DNA of 64,000 nucleotides. Source: an uncultured delta proteobacterium. Lineage in GTDB: Bacteria > Myxococcota > Myxococcia > Myxococcales > Myxococcaceae. The position numbers and the translations under genes are program-made. Location of the stretch: the NCBI GenBank assembly GCA_963771175.1, contig CAVYSY010000011.1, positions 32,001 through 96,000 on the forward strand. The letters run 5' to 3'. The notes below the pieces were generated by a model. It made no database searches and was not told the origin of the DNA. It saw only the letters and a program-made list of their open reading frames with translations. Below, one piece after another: positions 41,682 to 52,171 of this stretch (the first letter of the stretch is position 1; every line of letters starts with the position of its first letter).

Positions 41682-44600
41682 ATGGGGAACGAGTCAGCAC
41701 AGGTGCGTCACGCCCGGAAGCCTGCACCCCAGGCTCCTTCGTCTTCCGCTTCAGCCTCCGAGCCCGCCGACCTCATCGTGCGCTCGGTGCTGCCGGAGGA
41801 CTTGCTGGCGGCGTTGGAGAGCGAGCGCTCCCTGTATCGGTGGGTGATGCTCAAGGGCGCCGAGGACGTGCGGCTGGAGGACGAGTCGATGCTCGGCCTC
41901 ACGCCCCAGCCCGCCGCGGACCCGAGCTGGAGCGGGGGCCAGCTCATCGGCTTCCTCCCGGACGAGCGCCGCTTCGTGGGCGAGGTCGTCCACGTGGACC
42001 CCACCAACGGTCGCGTCTTCATCTCCACGCGCTCGCTGAGCCACATCCCTCCCGAGGTCATCTCCGCCGAGCGCTGGGCCTTCCAGCCCTACGACTTCTC
42101 CGAGGCGCTCCTCGCCGCCTCGCGGGCCTATGACTCGCGCGGGCCCCGCGTCCGCGAGGCCCTGGACCGCGTCCGTGGCGACATCCCCGACGATGGCTCC
42201 GGCCCACCGCCCGACGCCGAGCACCTGTGGGAGAAGCCGTGGAGCCTCCTCTGGGGTCCTCCGGGCACGGGCAAGACGGAGACGGTGGCGCGGCTGCTCG
42301 CGCGGGCCATCCAGCGCAACCCCCAGGAGCGCATCCTCGCGGTGGCCCCCACCAACCGCGCCGCCGACACGCTCGCACTGCGCGTGGCCCGCATGCTGTC
42401 CCAGGCCGGAGCCCTCCACGCGCCGGACACCACGTGCCGCGTCTTCCGTGGGGGCCTGGGCGTGGGCCAGGAGCTGACGAACACCTTCCCCGCCCTCCTC
42501 CACGATGCGGGCTACCAGAAGCAGGCCGCGCGCATCGAGCACATGGAGGAGCGCGTCCGCCGCGAGTTCCTCAACGGCGCGCCCCCCTCGCGGCTGGCCA
42601 CCGTGAAGGCCGAGCTGCGCAAGGTGCGCGATGGCCTCACGGACGAGACGCTCTTCGTCGCCCGGGAAGGGCTTCGCCACCCTGATGGTGCTCACCGTTC
42701 ATCGCGCGCTGCGGCTCGTGTCCGAGCTGGAGGGCGCCGAGCGCTTCGACCGGCTGGTGGTGGACGAGGCGGGCATGGTGTCGCGCGCCGCCGTGGGGCT
42801 GCTGGCGCCGCTCGCGCGCAAGGTGCTGCTGGGGGGAGACCCGAAGCAGATCGGCCCCGTCAGCCAGGCGCTGGAGGGCGCGGAGCGGCCGGTGCAGACG
42901 TGGATGCGCAGCTCGCCGCTGTCTCACCTGGAGGACGCGCGGGCGGCGTCCGAGTCCCGCACGTGCTGTTGCTGCGCACCCAGCACCGCATGCACCCGCG
43001 GATTGGCTCGGTGGTGAGCCACTTCTGCTACGCGGGGTTGCTCGAGGACGGCGAGGGCCCGCGCACCCGGCAGCCGAAGATGGTGGACGTGTACCCGGCC
43101 GCGCGCGCGTGCTGGGTGGTGCTGGACGAGGCCACCCGGGACGCGCGCCGCGTCTGCCACGAGCGGGGCGAGTCCGGCCGTGGCTACCGCAGGCCCTTCT
43201 CCGCGGAGCTGCTGGTGGCACTCGCCGAGCCGGCGCTGAAGGCGGGCCTCAAGGTGCTGGCGGTGACACCGTACCGGGCGCAGGCGGCGTTGCTGCGCGG
43301 GCTCGCCCAGCAGAAGGGGTGGAGCGAGTCGCGCTTCCAGGCCTCCACCATCCACCGGCAGCAGGGCACCGAGTATGACGTCGTCATCGTGGACACCGTG
43401 GCCGCCGGGCGCCCCTTCGCGCCGAGCGAGCTCACCCCCATGCTCAACGTGGCCGCCAGCCGCGCCCGCGAGTACCTCTTCGTCCTCTCCTCGCGCGCCG
43501 AGTCCGAGGCCGCCATCCCCGCGCAACTGCTGGAGCTGCTCACGCCGGTGGCGCCGAGCCTGGAGCCCCGCCTCTCGCTGCAGCCGCTGCTGGTGATGCC
43601 GGGCGTGCGCGCGCGGGGGGCCCGGCGGCCCGAGGGCCTGGGGCAGGAGATCGACTCGCTGCGCGACATGGGGCCGCTCTTCACCCAGGAGCAGGTGGCC
43701 CTCTTCGAGCGCCGCTTCGACGAGGGGCACCACCTGGTGCGCGGCGTGGCCGGCAGCGGGAAGACGTACGTGTTGGCGCACTGGGTGGCGCGCTACCTCG
43801 CCGAGCACCCGGACTCACGCGTGCTGGTGTCCTTCTTCAACAAGGCGCTGACGCCGCTGCTGTCGCGCCTGCTGGTGGCGGCCCTGCGGCAGCGGCTCGG
43901 GAAGCGGGCGCCGCTGATGACACAGCGGGTGACGCTCATGCACATGACGGGGACGGGCTCCTTCGCTCGGGAGAGCTTCGACGCCGTCTTCGTGGACGAG
44001 GCGCAGGACCTGAGCGCCACCGAGCTCGCGCACCTGCATTCGCTGGCCCGGCCGCTCTCGAGCGGGGAGGGCTGGCCGCGGAAGGCCTTCCTGCTCTTCG
44101 CGGACGACTCGCAGAACGTCTACGGACACAGCGCCGTGGATGCCCTGCGCCAGCAACTGCCGGACGGGCTCGACTTCACCGGCCGGGTGCGCGTGCTGCG
44201 CGAGGCCTTCCGCTCCACGCGCCAGGTGTCGGAGCTGGCCTTCAACGTGGTGTTGGACCCGCTCGGGCTGCACCGGCTGCCCAACCCCGGCATGCGCGAG
44301 TTCATGCGGGCCAGCGAGCTGCGCGAGCAGGGGCTGCTGGAGGAGCCGGTGCCGGGAGTGGACGGGCTGTACCGGTTGCAGTGCACCGAGCGCGAGGGCG
44401 TGGTGCCGGTGGTTCGGGTCTTCGACTCGCCGCAGGAGGAGGAGGCGTGGCTGGTGCGCGAGGTGAAGCGGCTGCGCGAGCAGGAGGGGGTGCGGCCCTC
44501 GGACGTGCTGGTGGTGGCGCCCGTGCGTCCGGCGCGGCTGGCCGAGGCGCTGGAGCGCGAGGGCCTCGGGGCGGTGGCCTTCGGGGGCCGCGGCGGTCAG

Positions 44601-44900
44601 GACGTGGCGGGCTTCAGCGTGGGGAGGGTGGACTACGTCCGGGTGACGACGGCCTTCTCGTGCAAGGGGCACGAGAGCCCGGTGGTGTTCTTCTGCGGCG
44701 TGGACGCGCTGGACGACATGGCCTGGATGGAGACGAAGCCGGGGCGCACCGAGCGTGAGTTGGAACGCACGCGCCGTGCGCTCTTCTACGTGGGCGCCAC
44801 GCGGGCCATGGTGCGCCAGTACGTGAGCGGACTCGCGGGGGCCCGCTTCACCCGCGTGGCCGCCGAGTACGCGCGGGCGCTCACCCGGGGGACCCGATAG
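41682..44900 (+). CDS. Tandem double SF1 helicase (Upf1/DNA2-like core plus UvrD-like core); compensating frameshifts near 42670 and 42960
   Basis: GPPGTGKT, DEAGM, GDPKQIGP, QHRM, TPYRAQ, QGTEYD, NVAASRAR; then GVAGSGKT, DEAQD, DDSQNVY, FRST, KGHE, YVGATRA. Confidence 0.85.
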   Translation: MGNESAQVRHARKPAPQAPSSSASASEPADLIVRSVLPEDLLAALESERSLYRWVMLKGAEDVRLEDESMLGLTPQPAADPSWSGGQLIGFLPDERRFVGEVVHVDPTNGRVFISTRSLSHIPPEVISAERWAFQPYDFSEALLAASRAYDSRGPRVREALDRVRGDIPDDGSGPPPDAEHLWEKPWSLLWGPPGTGKTETVARLLARAIQRNPQERILAVAPTNRAADTLALRVARMLSQAGALHAPDTTCRVFRGGLGVGQELTNTFPALLHDAGYQKQAARIEHMEERVRREFLNGAPPSRLATVKAELRKVRDGLTDETLFVAREGLRHPDGAHRSSRAAARVRAGGRRALRPAGGGRGGHGVARRRGAAGAARAQGAAGGRPEADRPRQPGAGGRGAAGADVDAQLAAVSPGGRAGGVRVPHVLLLRTQHRMHPRIGSVVSHFCYAGLLEDGEGPRTRQPKMVDVYPAARACWVVLDEATRDARRVCHERGESGRGYRRPFSAELLVALAEPALKAGLKVLAVTPYRAQAALLRGLAQQKGWSESRFQASTIHRQQGTEYDVVIVDTVAAGRPFAPSELTPMLNVAASRAREYLFVLSSRAESEAAIPAQLLELLTPVAPSLEPRLSLQPLLVMPGVRARGARRPEGLGQEIDSLRDMGPLFTQEQVALFERRFDEGHHLVRGVAGSGKTYVLAHWVARYLAEHPDSRVLVSFFNKALTPLLSRLLVAALRQRLGKRAPLMTQRVTLMHMTGTGSFARESFDAVFVDEAQDLSATELAHLHSLARPLSSGEGWPRKAFLLFADDSQNVYGHSAVDALRQQLPDGLDFTGRVRVLREAFRSTRQVSELAFNVVLDPLGLHRLPNPGMREFMRASELREQGLLEEPVPGVDGLYRLQCTEREGVVPVVRVFDSPQEEEAWLVREVKRLREQEGVRPSDVLVVAPVRPARLAEALEREGLGAVAFGGRGGQDVAGFSVGRVDYVRVTTAFSCKGHESPVVFFCGVDALDDMAWMETKPGRTERELERTRRALFYVGATRAMVRQYVSGLAGARFTRVAAEYARALTRGTR

Positions 44901-45006
44901 TGGAGTGTCCGAGTGGCTTCTCAATGATTTTCAATCCAGGGGTGCCCCGAACAACCAATCAGATCGACTCGGACTTCTTCTCCTCGTCCAAGACAGTCCG
45001 AGAGGA

Positions 45007-45438
45007 CTAATCTTCAGCGGCCTCTATCTCCGCATGGGCGATCTTGAACTTTCGTAGTACCTCCAGCGCCCGGCTGGATACCTCCAATCGAAAGTTCGGC
45101 GTGAGACAAAAATCGGCATCACGGTCCTTGCCGGTAATCTTGAGCCATCGGAACTCCGGCAGGGTACGTCCTGGGTATAGCTCTTGGAACTCTGGCGACG
45201 TGCTCACTTCGACATCGTCCATGCTGAAACCCACCAGTCCTGCTTCTTCGAGTGCCTTCGCGAGGGCGGAAGAGACAAGAAAGCAGGGGAAGACTTCTAG
45301 CAGATCATCGCCCAACCACCCCTCGAAGCGATGATGGAAGTGAGACACCACTGGGGGATGGATGGATGTGTCCATGATTGTATTGTCTCCCAGTTCCCCA
45401 GCGACTTCAGGAGACACCAACCACCGCTCTCTGCTCAT
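45007..45438 (-). CDS. Putative cognate immunity protein
   Basis: Small AT-richer ORF overlapping the toxin stop; SPEVAGELG...HPP...FEGWLGDDLLEVFPCFLVS. Confidence 0.75.
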   Translation of the reverse strand: MSRERWLVSPEVAGELGDNTIMDTSIHPPVVSHFHHRFEGWLGDDLLEVFPCFLVSSALAKALEEAGLVGFSMDDVEVSTSPEFQELYPGRTLPEFRWLKITGKDRDADFCLTPNFRLEVSSRALEVLRKFKIAHAEIEAAED

Positions 45439-46744
45439 GGTGACCTCTGTTCAATCTAGAGAGGGGCTCGAAAAGCGCACCAAACTGTCTGTCCAGTTGT
45501 TCTGCAAAATCAAGCACCTGCTGCTTCGTTGGCTTGGGATGATTGCGATAGAATTTGTTCCAGGTGCGCCGAATCTTGCCGAGATGGAGATCCGGATTGA
45601 CTGACTTCGGGATTCCGCGAAGGTTTTTCAGCGAGTGAATCTCGGTCTCCGTGAACAACCCCGGGTATTTTTCGAGCACCTGCTGCTCAACGGAATGATG
45701 CACTATGACTCTGCCGCGCAAGACGGGATGCGCCGCGAAGAACGTCTCTCGATAATTCGTTGGCTTGACTGTCGTTTCCGTGCGGCCAGCGTGACCCGGG
45801 TCATCATTCCCGGCCATCATCGCGACGGCAGTGGGCGCCATGGAGATGACGAGGTTGCCGTCTACAACGGCCACCGCGCTCACCTGCCCTACCTCCGATA
45901 GCTTGATGCCCACCTGGGAGGCGCCCAGTGCCGCCGCCTCCGAGAAGCTGGGCAGCATGGACAGCCGCGAGGCCAGCCATGCGGCGCCCTCGGTCATGCC
46001 ATGGCTCACCGCCACCGTCACCGCGAGCACGAAGACGCGCGCGACCCGCGGTCCCACCACGCGCCCGAAGCGTCGGCTCGCCTCCTGCAACTCCTCGAAG
46101 GTGGTGGCCCGGTCGGTGGCTCGCTTCAGCTCCCTGCTCGCCTTCACCACGTCCAGGAAGCTTTCCACTCCCAGGTACACCAGCATCACTGCCGACACGA
46201 GCGCCGCCGCCTTGGTGAAGACCGGCTCGGGGTTCGCCGCCAACGCCACCCAGGTCACCAGACCCGTGGCAATCACCGCGTAGAAGAGCTGGGGGGCCAG
46301 GGTGTCCTCCAACGCGATGGCGATGCTCTCGCGCATGGGGTCGAACGACAGGCCCAGGGCCACTCCCAGCTTGTCCCACTCGCTCAAGCCCGCCACGTCG
46401 TCGAGCAGCGACAGGCAGTTTTCCCTGCGCTGACCCGCCTTGCACACGCCGCCGAAGCTCTTGGGAAGCAGGTGTTCCGAACGCTTACCCGCATCGTTGC
46501 CTGGGTAGGAGGCGCGCACCAGCCAGCCTTGCTGGGAGGGACGGGGGGACAGGGGCGCCTCCAGCACCAGCAGCGTCAGCGCCTCCTCGAGCTCATCCTC
46601 GTCCACCCCCACGGACTCGTTGGAGGTGGGAGGCCTGTACTCCAGTGGCACCCTCTCGCCCGTATCGAGGCGTATGACGCGCGGGGTGGCACACGCGGTG
46701 GACAGGGCCAGGAGCAGGAGCGCAACGGTCAGACGATGTGCCAC
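45407..46744 (-). CDS. SitA5-like polymorphic toxin lipoprotein with putative HNH-like nuclease C-terminus
   Basis: Lipobox STAC then RVIRLDTG; PEPVFTK; C-terminal VHHSVEQ...NLRGIP...H; base composition shifts near 45800. Confidence 0.78.
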   Translation of the reverse strand: MAHRLTVALLLLALSTACATPRVIRLDTGERVPLEYRPPTSNESVGVDEDELEEALTLLVLEAPLSPRPSQQGWLVRASYPGNDAGKRSEHLLPKSFGGVCKAGQRRENCLSLLDDVAGLSEWDKLGVALGLSFDPMRESIAIALEDTLAPQLFYAVIATGLVTWVALAANPEPVFTKAAALVSAVMLVYLGVESFLDVVKASRELKRATDRATTFEELQEASRRFGRVVGPRVARVFVLAVTVAVSHGMTEGAAWLASRLSMLPSFSEAAALGASQVGIKLSEVGQVSAVAVVDGNLVISMAPTAVAMMAGNDDPGHAGRTETTVKPTNYRETFFAAHPVLRGRVIVHHSVEQQVLEKYPGLFTETEIHSLKNLRGIPKSVNPDLHLGKIRRTWNKFYRNHPKPTKQQVLDFAEQLDRQFGALFEPLSRLNRGHHEQRAVVGVS

Positions 46745-47029
46745 GGGACTCCCTCCAAATCGAGGAGGGTTCCAGCCTACGGGAACATCACCCCAGAGAC
46801 GATGACGCTCCGGCGCCCATCCGCACCCATATTTTCAGGGGTGCTTGCGTCCCGGTGTGAAGAGGTATGGCTCCATGGGTCTCAAGGCGTGCGCGGAGAG
46901 GAGGCGAGTCCATGGGAGGGGCGGGGGGAGGGGAGGATGCCCAGCCAGCTCGCGGGGCTGTTGGGGGCAGTGGGCGCCCGGCTGCGCGGTGTATTCTCGG
47001 TCCCTGACCGATTCAAGGAGTGTGCGCGT

Positions 47030-47820
47030 ATGTCCAGGCCGACTATCTACCAAATCCCCGTATGCCCGTTCTGCCAGCGGCTGGAAATCCTGCTGACCCT
47101 CAAGGGCGTGCGCGACGCAGTGGACTTCCACGTGGTCGACATCACGCAGCCACGGCCTGAATGGCTGCTGAAGATGACGCGCGGCACCACGGCGCTGCCG
47201 GTCCTGCGCACGGCCGATGGGCAGATCATCAAGGAAAGCCTCGTCATCATGCAGTACTTTGATGACCTGTTCTCCGCAACCCGCGTGGCGCAGTCCGATC
47301 CCTACCGCCGCGCCGTGGAGAACATGATGACGACCCTGGAGGGGCCTTTTGGCACCCAGGGTTACGTCTTCGTCATGAACCAGGACCCTGGACGCCGCGC
47401 GGCCCTGCGCGACGGCATGCTCGCGCAGTATGCCCGGCTCAACGACTTTCTCGTGGAGCATGCCCCGGACGGCACGTTCCTGTTCGAGTCCTTCGGCTGG
47501 GCCGAGGCGGTGTTCACGCCCCTGTTCATGCGTTTCTGGTTCCTCGAGTACTACGAGGACTTCGAGCTGCCCGACACCGAGCGGTATGCCGGGTGCGGCG
47601 CTGGCGCGAGGCCTGTCTGGCGCACCCGGCGGCGCAGCAGGCCACGAAAGAGGAGATCGTCAAGCTCTACTACGACTACGCCAAGGGGGCGGGCAATGGC
47701 GCGCTGCTGCCCGGACGGCGTCGCTCGTCTTTCGTTTTCGAACCCGACTGGCGCGACCGGCCCTGGCCGCCCAAGGACAAATACGGACACAGCGCCACGG
47801 ACGAGGAACTCGGGCTCTGA
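47030..47820 (+). CDS. Glutathione S-transferase family protein (frameshift near 47590)
   Basis: AAGGAG RBS; CPFCQR, ALPVL, IKESLVIMQY. Confidence 0.88.
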
Positions 47821-48075
47821 GGCGCGTGCTGGCGGGCGTGGACCGGCAGGCAACAATCCCCGGAGGGCCGCCGTGACACGTGCCTCGGACGGGAGGTGGT
47901 GAGCCCGACGTGTGGACTGGCTGACAACACTTCCCGTCGTCCGGTGTTGTTCCGACGGTTACGAGGCCTGGCCGGGTTCTGTCCCGTCCCTCTGGAAAGA
48001 CGGGGAGTTCAGCGATGGCACGGCTGCTGCACAAGGCAGGGCTCGTCGCATTCAACTCAACCCAGGAGCCCACCC

Positions 48076-48603
48076 ATGAAGCGGTTCTTCTCTTCCATCT
48101 GCCTGCTGGCCCTCTTCGTCGCCTTCCCCATGCAGAGCCACGCGCAGGACTTCAGCCGCACCGAGGCGGCCAGCCTGGCGCTGCGGGCGGAGACGTCCAA
48201 GGATCTGCTGGAGGGCGCCGCGGCGCTCGGCCTCGATGTCGACACGGAGAACTTCGTCGTCGCCTCGCGTGATGACGGCCTCGTCGTCAACACGGGCGTG
48301 AAGGGGGCCGAGCTCCTCTCCAGCGCCGACCTGGCCAAGGGCGCCACCCTGGGCATGGTCTACCTCTCCGGCTTCGGCATGCAGCCGGGCTTCTACCGGG
48401 TCGACGTGGTGATCCCCGAGGGTTCGCGCGAGGGCACTGCGTACCTGCTGGACGCGACCGGCAAGGTGGCGCGCGTCGCTTCCGCCACGCCCACGAGCGG
48501 GTACTCGGCGAAGGCCAAGTGGACGGGCTCCATCGGCTGGAGCCACGTGACGGTCGACTACCACGGCCCCAAGGTCTCCGTGGAAGTCACCGTGAGCTGG
48601 TAG
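48076..48603 (+). CDS. Secreted hypothetical protein
   Basis: AGGAG RBS; signal peptide MKRFFSSICLLALFVAFPMQSHA; GC-rich third positions. Confidence 0.75.
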   Translation: MKRFFSSICLLALFVAFPMQSHAQDFSRTEAASLALRAETSKDLLEGAAALGLDVDTENFVVASRDDGLVVNTGVKGAELLSSADLAKGATLGMVYLSGFGMQPGFYRVDVVIPEGSREGTAYLLDATGKVARVASATPTSGYSAKAKWTGSIGWSHVTVDYHGPKVSVEVTVSW

Positions 48604-48840
48604 TAGCCGTCCTGGCCCGGGGAGGCGTTGCCTCTCCGGGCCCGTAGGGAGTCGCAAGGGGTCAGCGAGGCATCGGCGCAGGCTCTCGCTCGCGAACTCG
48701 GTAGCGGTGCGGGCAGGCTCACTCTCGACGGGGGATGGGGTGAGGTGGCCGAGCCCCTGGGTTGTCACTGCGTCTGGGCCCACTTCCCCAAGACAGGGAG
48801 CACCAACCCAATCAGTGGCAGGCGTACCCGTGCAAAGGGC

Positions 48841-48868
48841 AAAAAAAACCCCGGAGTCTCCGGGGTTT
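48841..48868 (-). terminator. Intrinsic terminator after tRNA-Gly
   Basis: AAACCCCGGAG-T-CTCCGGGGTTT hairpin with a T8 run on the minus strand. Confidence 0.8.
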
Positions 48869-48883
48869 GAAAGCGCTTCATTG

Positions 48884-48958
48884 TGGAGCGGGAAAAGGGA
48901 TTTGAACCCTCGACCCTCGCCTTGGCAAGGCGATGCTCTACCACTGAGCTATTCCCGC
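48884..48958 (-). tRNA. tRNA-Gly (anticodon GCC)
   Basis: GCGGGAATAGCTCAGTGGTAGAGCATCGCCTTGCCAAGGCGAGGGTCGAGGGTTCAAATCCCTTTTCCCGCTCCA. Confidence 0.97.
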
Positions 48959-49602
48959 GTAGGGCCCTGAAAAACTGCGGCACTCCTACTTCTCGGCTCT
49001 CGGAGGGTCAAGCGTTTTTCGGCGCGACGCTCGGTGCGGAGAGGGCGGCCTCGCCACCGGGCACAACCGCCCTGACCTAAGACACAGCAGGGGCGCGGCA
49101 ACGTCGTGTTGCACGAGACCATGTGTCTGGTCGTCGGTATCCGTACAGCCGTACCTCACCGACGCGGCCGTGCGCAGCGTGCTGAGCGTGGTCGCCGCGC
49201 GGTCCTCTCGCGGCTCCGGCATCGTCATCAGTTATGGAGGAGGCCGGCTTCGACGTCGTCGAATTGAGGCGCTCCGCTGAAGGCCTCACTCGTCTCGGGA
49301 CAGGTGCCGGGCCAGCGCCGCGCGTCCGGCGGCCCGGTAGAGGTCCTCCCACCCCTTCTCCTCTCCAAGTCCGGGAGGAGAAGGAGCGCGACGAGCACCC
49401 GCTCGGTGATGCCGCCGACGATCGGCATCGCTCCGTGGCGCCCCTCGTCAGGGGCGGCGACCTCCTCCCAGGCCCGTCCATTCGTACGGGCGCGCCCGCC
49501 TGGTTATCTACGCAACAACCAACCAAGCTATAAAGCCGGATTGCACACGGAAAGGGGGACACGACGGTCGGCGTCCCGAGCCCGTGCGGCAAGGGAGGGA
49601 CA

Positions 49603-51557
49603 ATGTTTCGACGTGCAGCAATCCTCATCCTCGTCACCGCGGCCCTGGCTGCCTGTGGTGGAGACCCCACGGACACCGGATCGGATGCGGGCGGCAACGG
49701 GCCCGATGCCGGTGGCAATCAGGACACCCAGGCCCCAACCCTGCTCTCCTCCTCGCCCTCCAACGGCACGACCGGGATGGCGGTGGGAGGCTCCTTCACC
49801 GTCACCTTCTCCGAGCCGATGGATCCCCAGTCGGTCCTGCTGGAGCTGCGCCCCTCGGTGGGCCTCGGCGGAGCGAGCTGGAACGCGGAGGGCACCTCGG
49901 TCAGCTACGCGCCCCTGGTCGAGCTGTCGGCGGGCGTGACCTATTCCGTGACGGTGTCGGGCAAGGACCTGGCCGGCAATGGCCTGACGGGCACCAACTC
50001 CTTCAGCTTCACCGCCGCGGCGACTGACACCACCGCGCCCACCGTCCGCACCACCACGCCCGCGACCGGTGCCACCAACGTGTCGCCCACGGCGGCGTTC
50101 AACATCTCCTTCTCCGAGCCCATGGACACCGGCACCGTGACGGTGGACCTCTCGCCGACGGCGAGCGTCGAGCTCTCATGGGACGCGGAGAGCACCACCC
50201 TCACCGCGCTGGCTCCCGCGGGCCTGGCCTTCGGCACCTCGTACACGGTGACGCTCAACGGCAAGGACGTAGCCGGCAACGCGCTGGGCGGCACGACGAC
50301 GTTCTCCTTCACCACCTCCACCCCGGCGGACGCCACCGCGCCTGAAGTGGCCTCCGGCTCCCCGGCCAACGGCACCACCGGCGTGAGCACCTCCACCAAC
50401 ATCTCCCGTGTCCTTCTCGGAGAGCATGGACCGGCTCTCGGTGGAGAATGCGCTCAGCGTGAGCCCCACGGTCACCTGCTCCTTCGCGTGGAACACCGCC
50501 AGCACGCTCGTCACCTGCATCCCCGCCGCGCCGCTGAGCTTCAGCACCTCGTACACCGTGACGCTCGGTACTGGCGCGAAGGACCTGGCGAACAACGCGC
50601 TGGCCGCCGCCCACAGCTTCTCGTTCACGACCGCCTCGGCGCCGGACACCACCAAGCCCACCGTCACCGGCTCCACCCCGGCCAACGGCAGCAAGGGCAA
50701 CGTCCGCGCCTCCAGCATCACGGTGGTCTTCTCCGAGCCCATGGACAAGGCCTCGGCGCAGACGGCCTTCGCCATCACCAGCCCCACCGGCTACAACGCG
50801 GGCATCTTCACCTGGAACACCGCGGGCACGGGAGATGACCTTCAACCCGGATGCCGACTTCGCCTACGGAACGCTGGTGTCCTGGTCGGTGAGCACCGCG
50901 GCGAAGGACCTGGCGGGCAACACCCTGGCGAGCTCCGTCAGCCACTCGTTCCGGGTGGCCTACCTGGGCCAGAAGTCCCTCTACAGCGTGGCCACGCTGG
51001 ATGGCTCGGTCTACAACGACGGCGCGGTCTACACGACGGATAGCTGGGCGTCGGCCGGCGATGTCTCCAGCGGCAAGTTTCTCCGGGCCTTCTACAGCTT
51101 CAACCTCGGCGAGCTCACGGGGACGGTGGCCCGCATCAACTCCGCCACCCTCTACCTGTACCAGAGCACCTATGCCGGCTCGCCCGACACCGAGCTGGGC
51201 ACGTTCTGGGTGCAGAGCGTCGACTATGGCACCTCGCTCGACAAGAACGACTTCAACCTGCCCGTCCTCCAGACGTTCCAGTGCCGCTTCGTCAGCGGGC
51301 GGATCATCTGCGGCCTGTACGACGAGCAGCTCTCGCTCAACGTGAGCGCCGCCGGTTCGAAGTCGCTGACGGTGACTCGCAAGGTGCTGGATGACTGGAA
51401 CAACCGGTCGACCCGCGGCCTGCGCTCGCAGTTCCGTATGCGCTTCGCCACGGACGTCTCCTACGACAGCGCCGGCGACTACGTGAACATCTACACGCGC
51501 GAGAACGGGACCCAGTCGACCTGGCCGTCCATCTACGTCGAGTACGAGTACGAGTAG
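49603..51557 (+). CDS. Surface lipoprotein with four SbsA-type Ig-like (Big_5) repeats and a DNRLRE-like C-terminal domain; frameshifts near 50408 and 50833
   Basis: Lipobox LAAC; repeated DTTAPTV..TP.NG...FSEPMD...KDLAGN...FSFT; FLRAFYSFNL...INSATLYLY. Confidence 0.82.
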
Positions 51558-51655
51558 TCCTCGGGACGGCTCGGGCGCCTCCGCTTCGCGGGGGCGCTCC
51601 AGCCTGCGGCTGGCGGCCTCGGTGTGGCATGCTCCCCTCTCGGGAGGTACGAGGC

Positions 51656-52110
51656 TTGAAAGAGGGTCGTGCGAGCCAGACCGCGTTGTTGGTGGCCTTC
51701 ATGCGAGCGGTGGCGGATCTCGGTGTCACCTCCGTGCCCGAGTTCCGCGACCCCACCGCTCGCCACCTGCTGGCTCCTCCCTGGTCGAGCTTCCTCCGCC
51801 TCGCGCAGTGGCGCCCGCCCATGGGGGCTCGCTGGGCGTGTGAGGCCGCCGCCAGCATGATGGACATGGTCGCGCTCCGGACCGTGCTCATCGACTCGTA
51901 TCTCCGCGAGGCGCTCGCGCGCGGCGTGCGCCAGGTCGTCATCCTCGGGGCTGGCCTGGACGGGCGAGCCTACCGGCTCCAGGAGCTCGCGGGCGCCGAC
52001 GTCTTCGAGGTGGACCACCCCGCCACCCAGGCGTTCAAGAGGGCCCGCCTGGGCGCGCTCACGCCGACCGCGAAGAGCCTTCGCTTCGCCACCGCCAACT
52101 TCGAGACGGT
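51656..52110 (+). pseudogene. 5' half of a class I SAM-dependent (LCM-type) methyltransferase, truncated
   Basis: RASQTA...MRA, FRDPTA, QVVILGAGLDGRAYRL, FEVDHPATQAFK; similarity ends after ATANFE. Confidence 0.7.
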
Positions 52111-52171
52111 AGCAACGCAGCACCCCCACCGGGTGAGCGCCACCCGTACGTCCATTCACAGGAGGCAGCAC

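Noticed and set aside
19435..48958. Integrative island bounded by the convergent tRNA-Pro and tRNA-Gly genes
   Set aside because: No integrase or transposase seen and no duplicated tRNA 3' end found by eye; composition is mostly host-like. At most a variable region.
49080..49533. Possible gene remnant (MEEAGFDVVEL...) upstream of tRNA-Gly
   Set aside because: Only a short methyltransferase-like phrase with no sustained coding signal.
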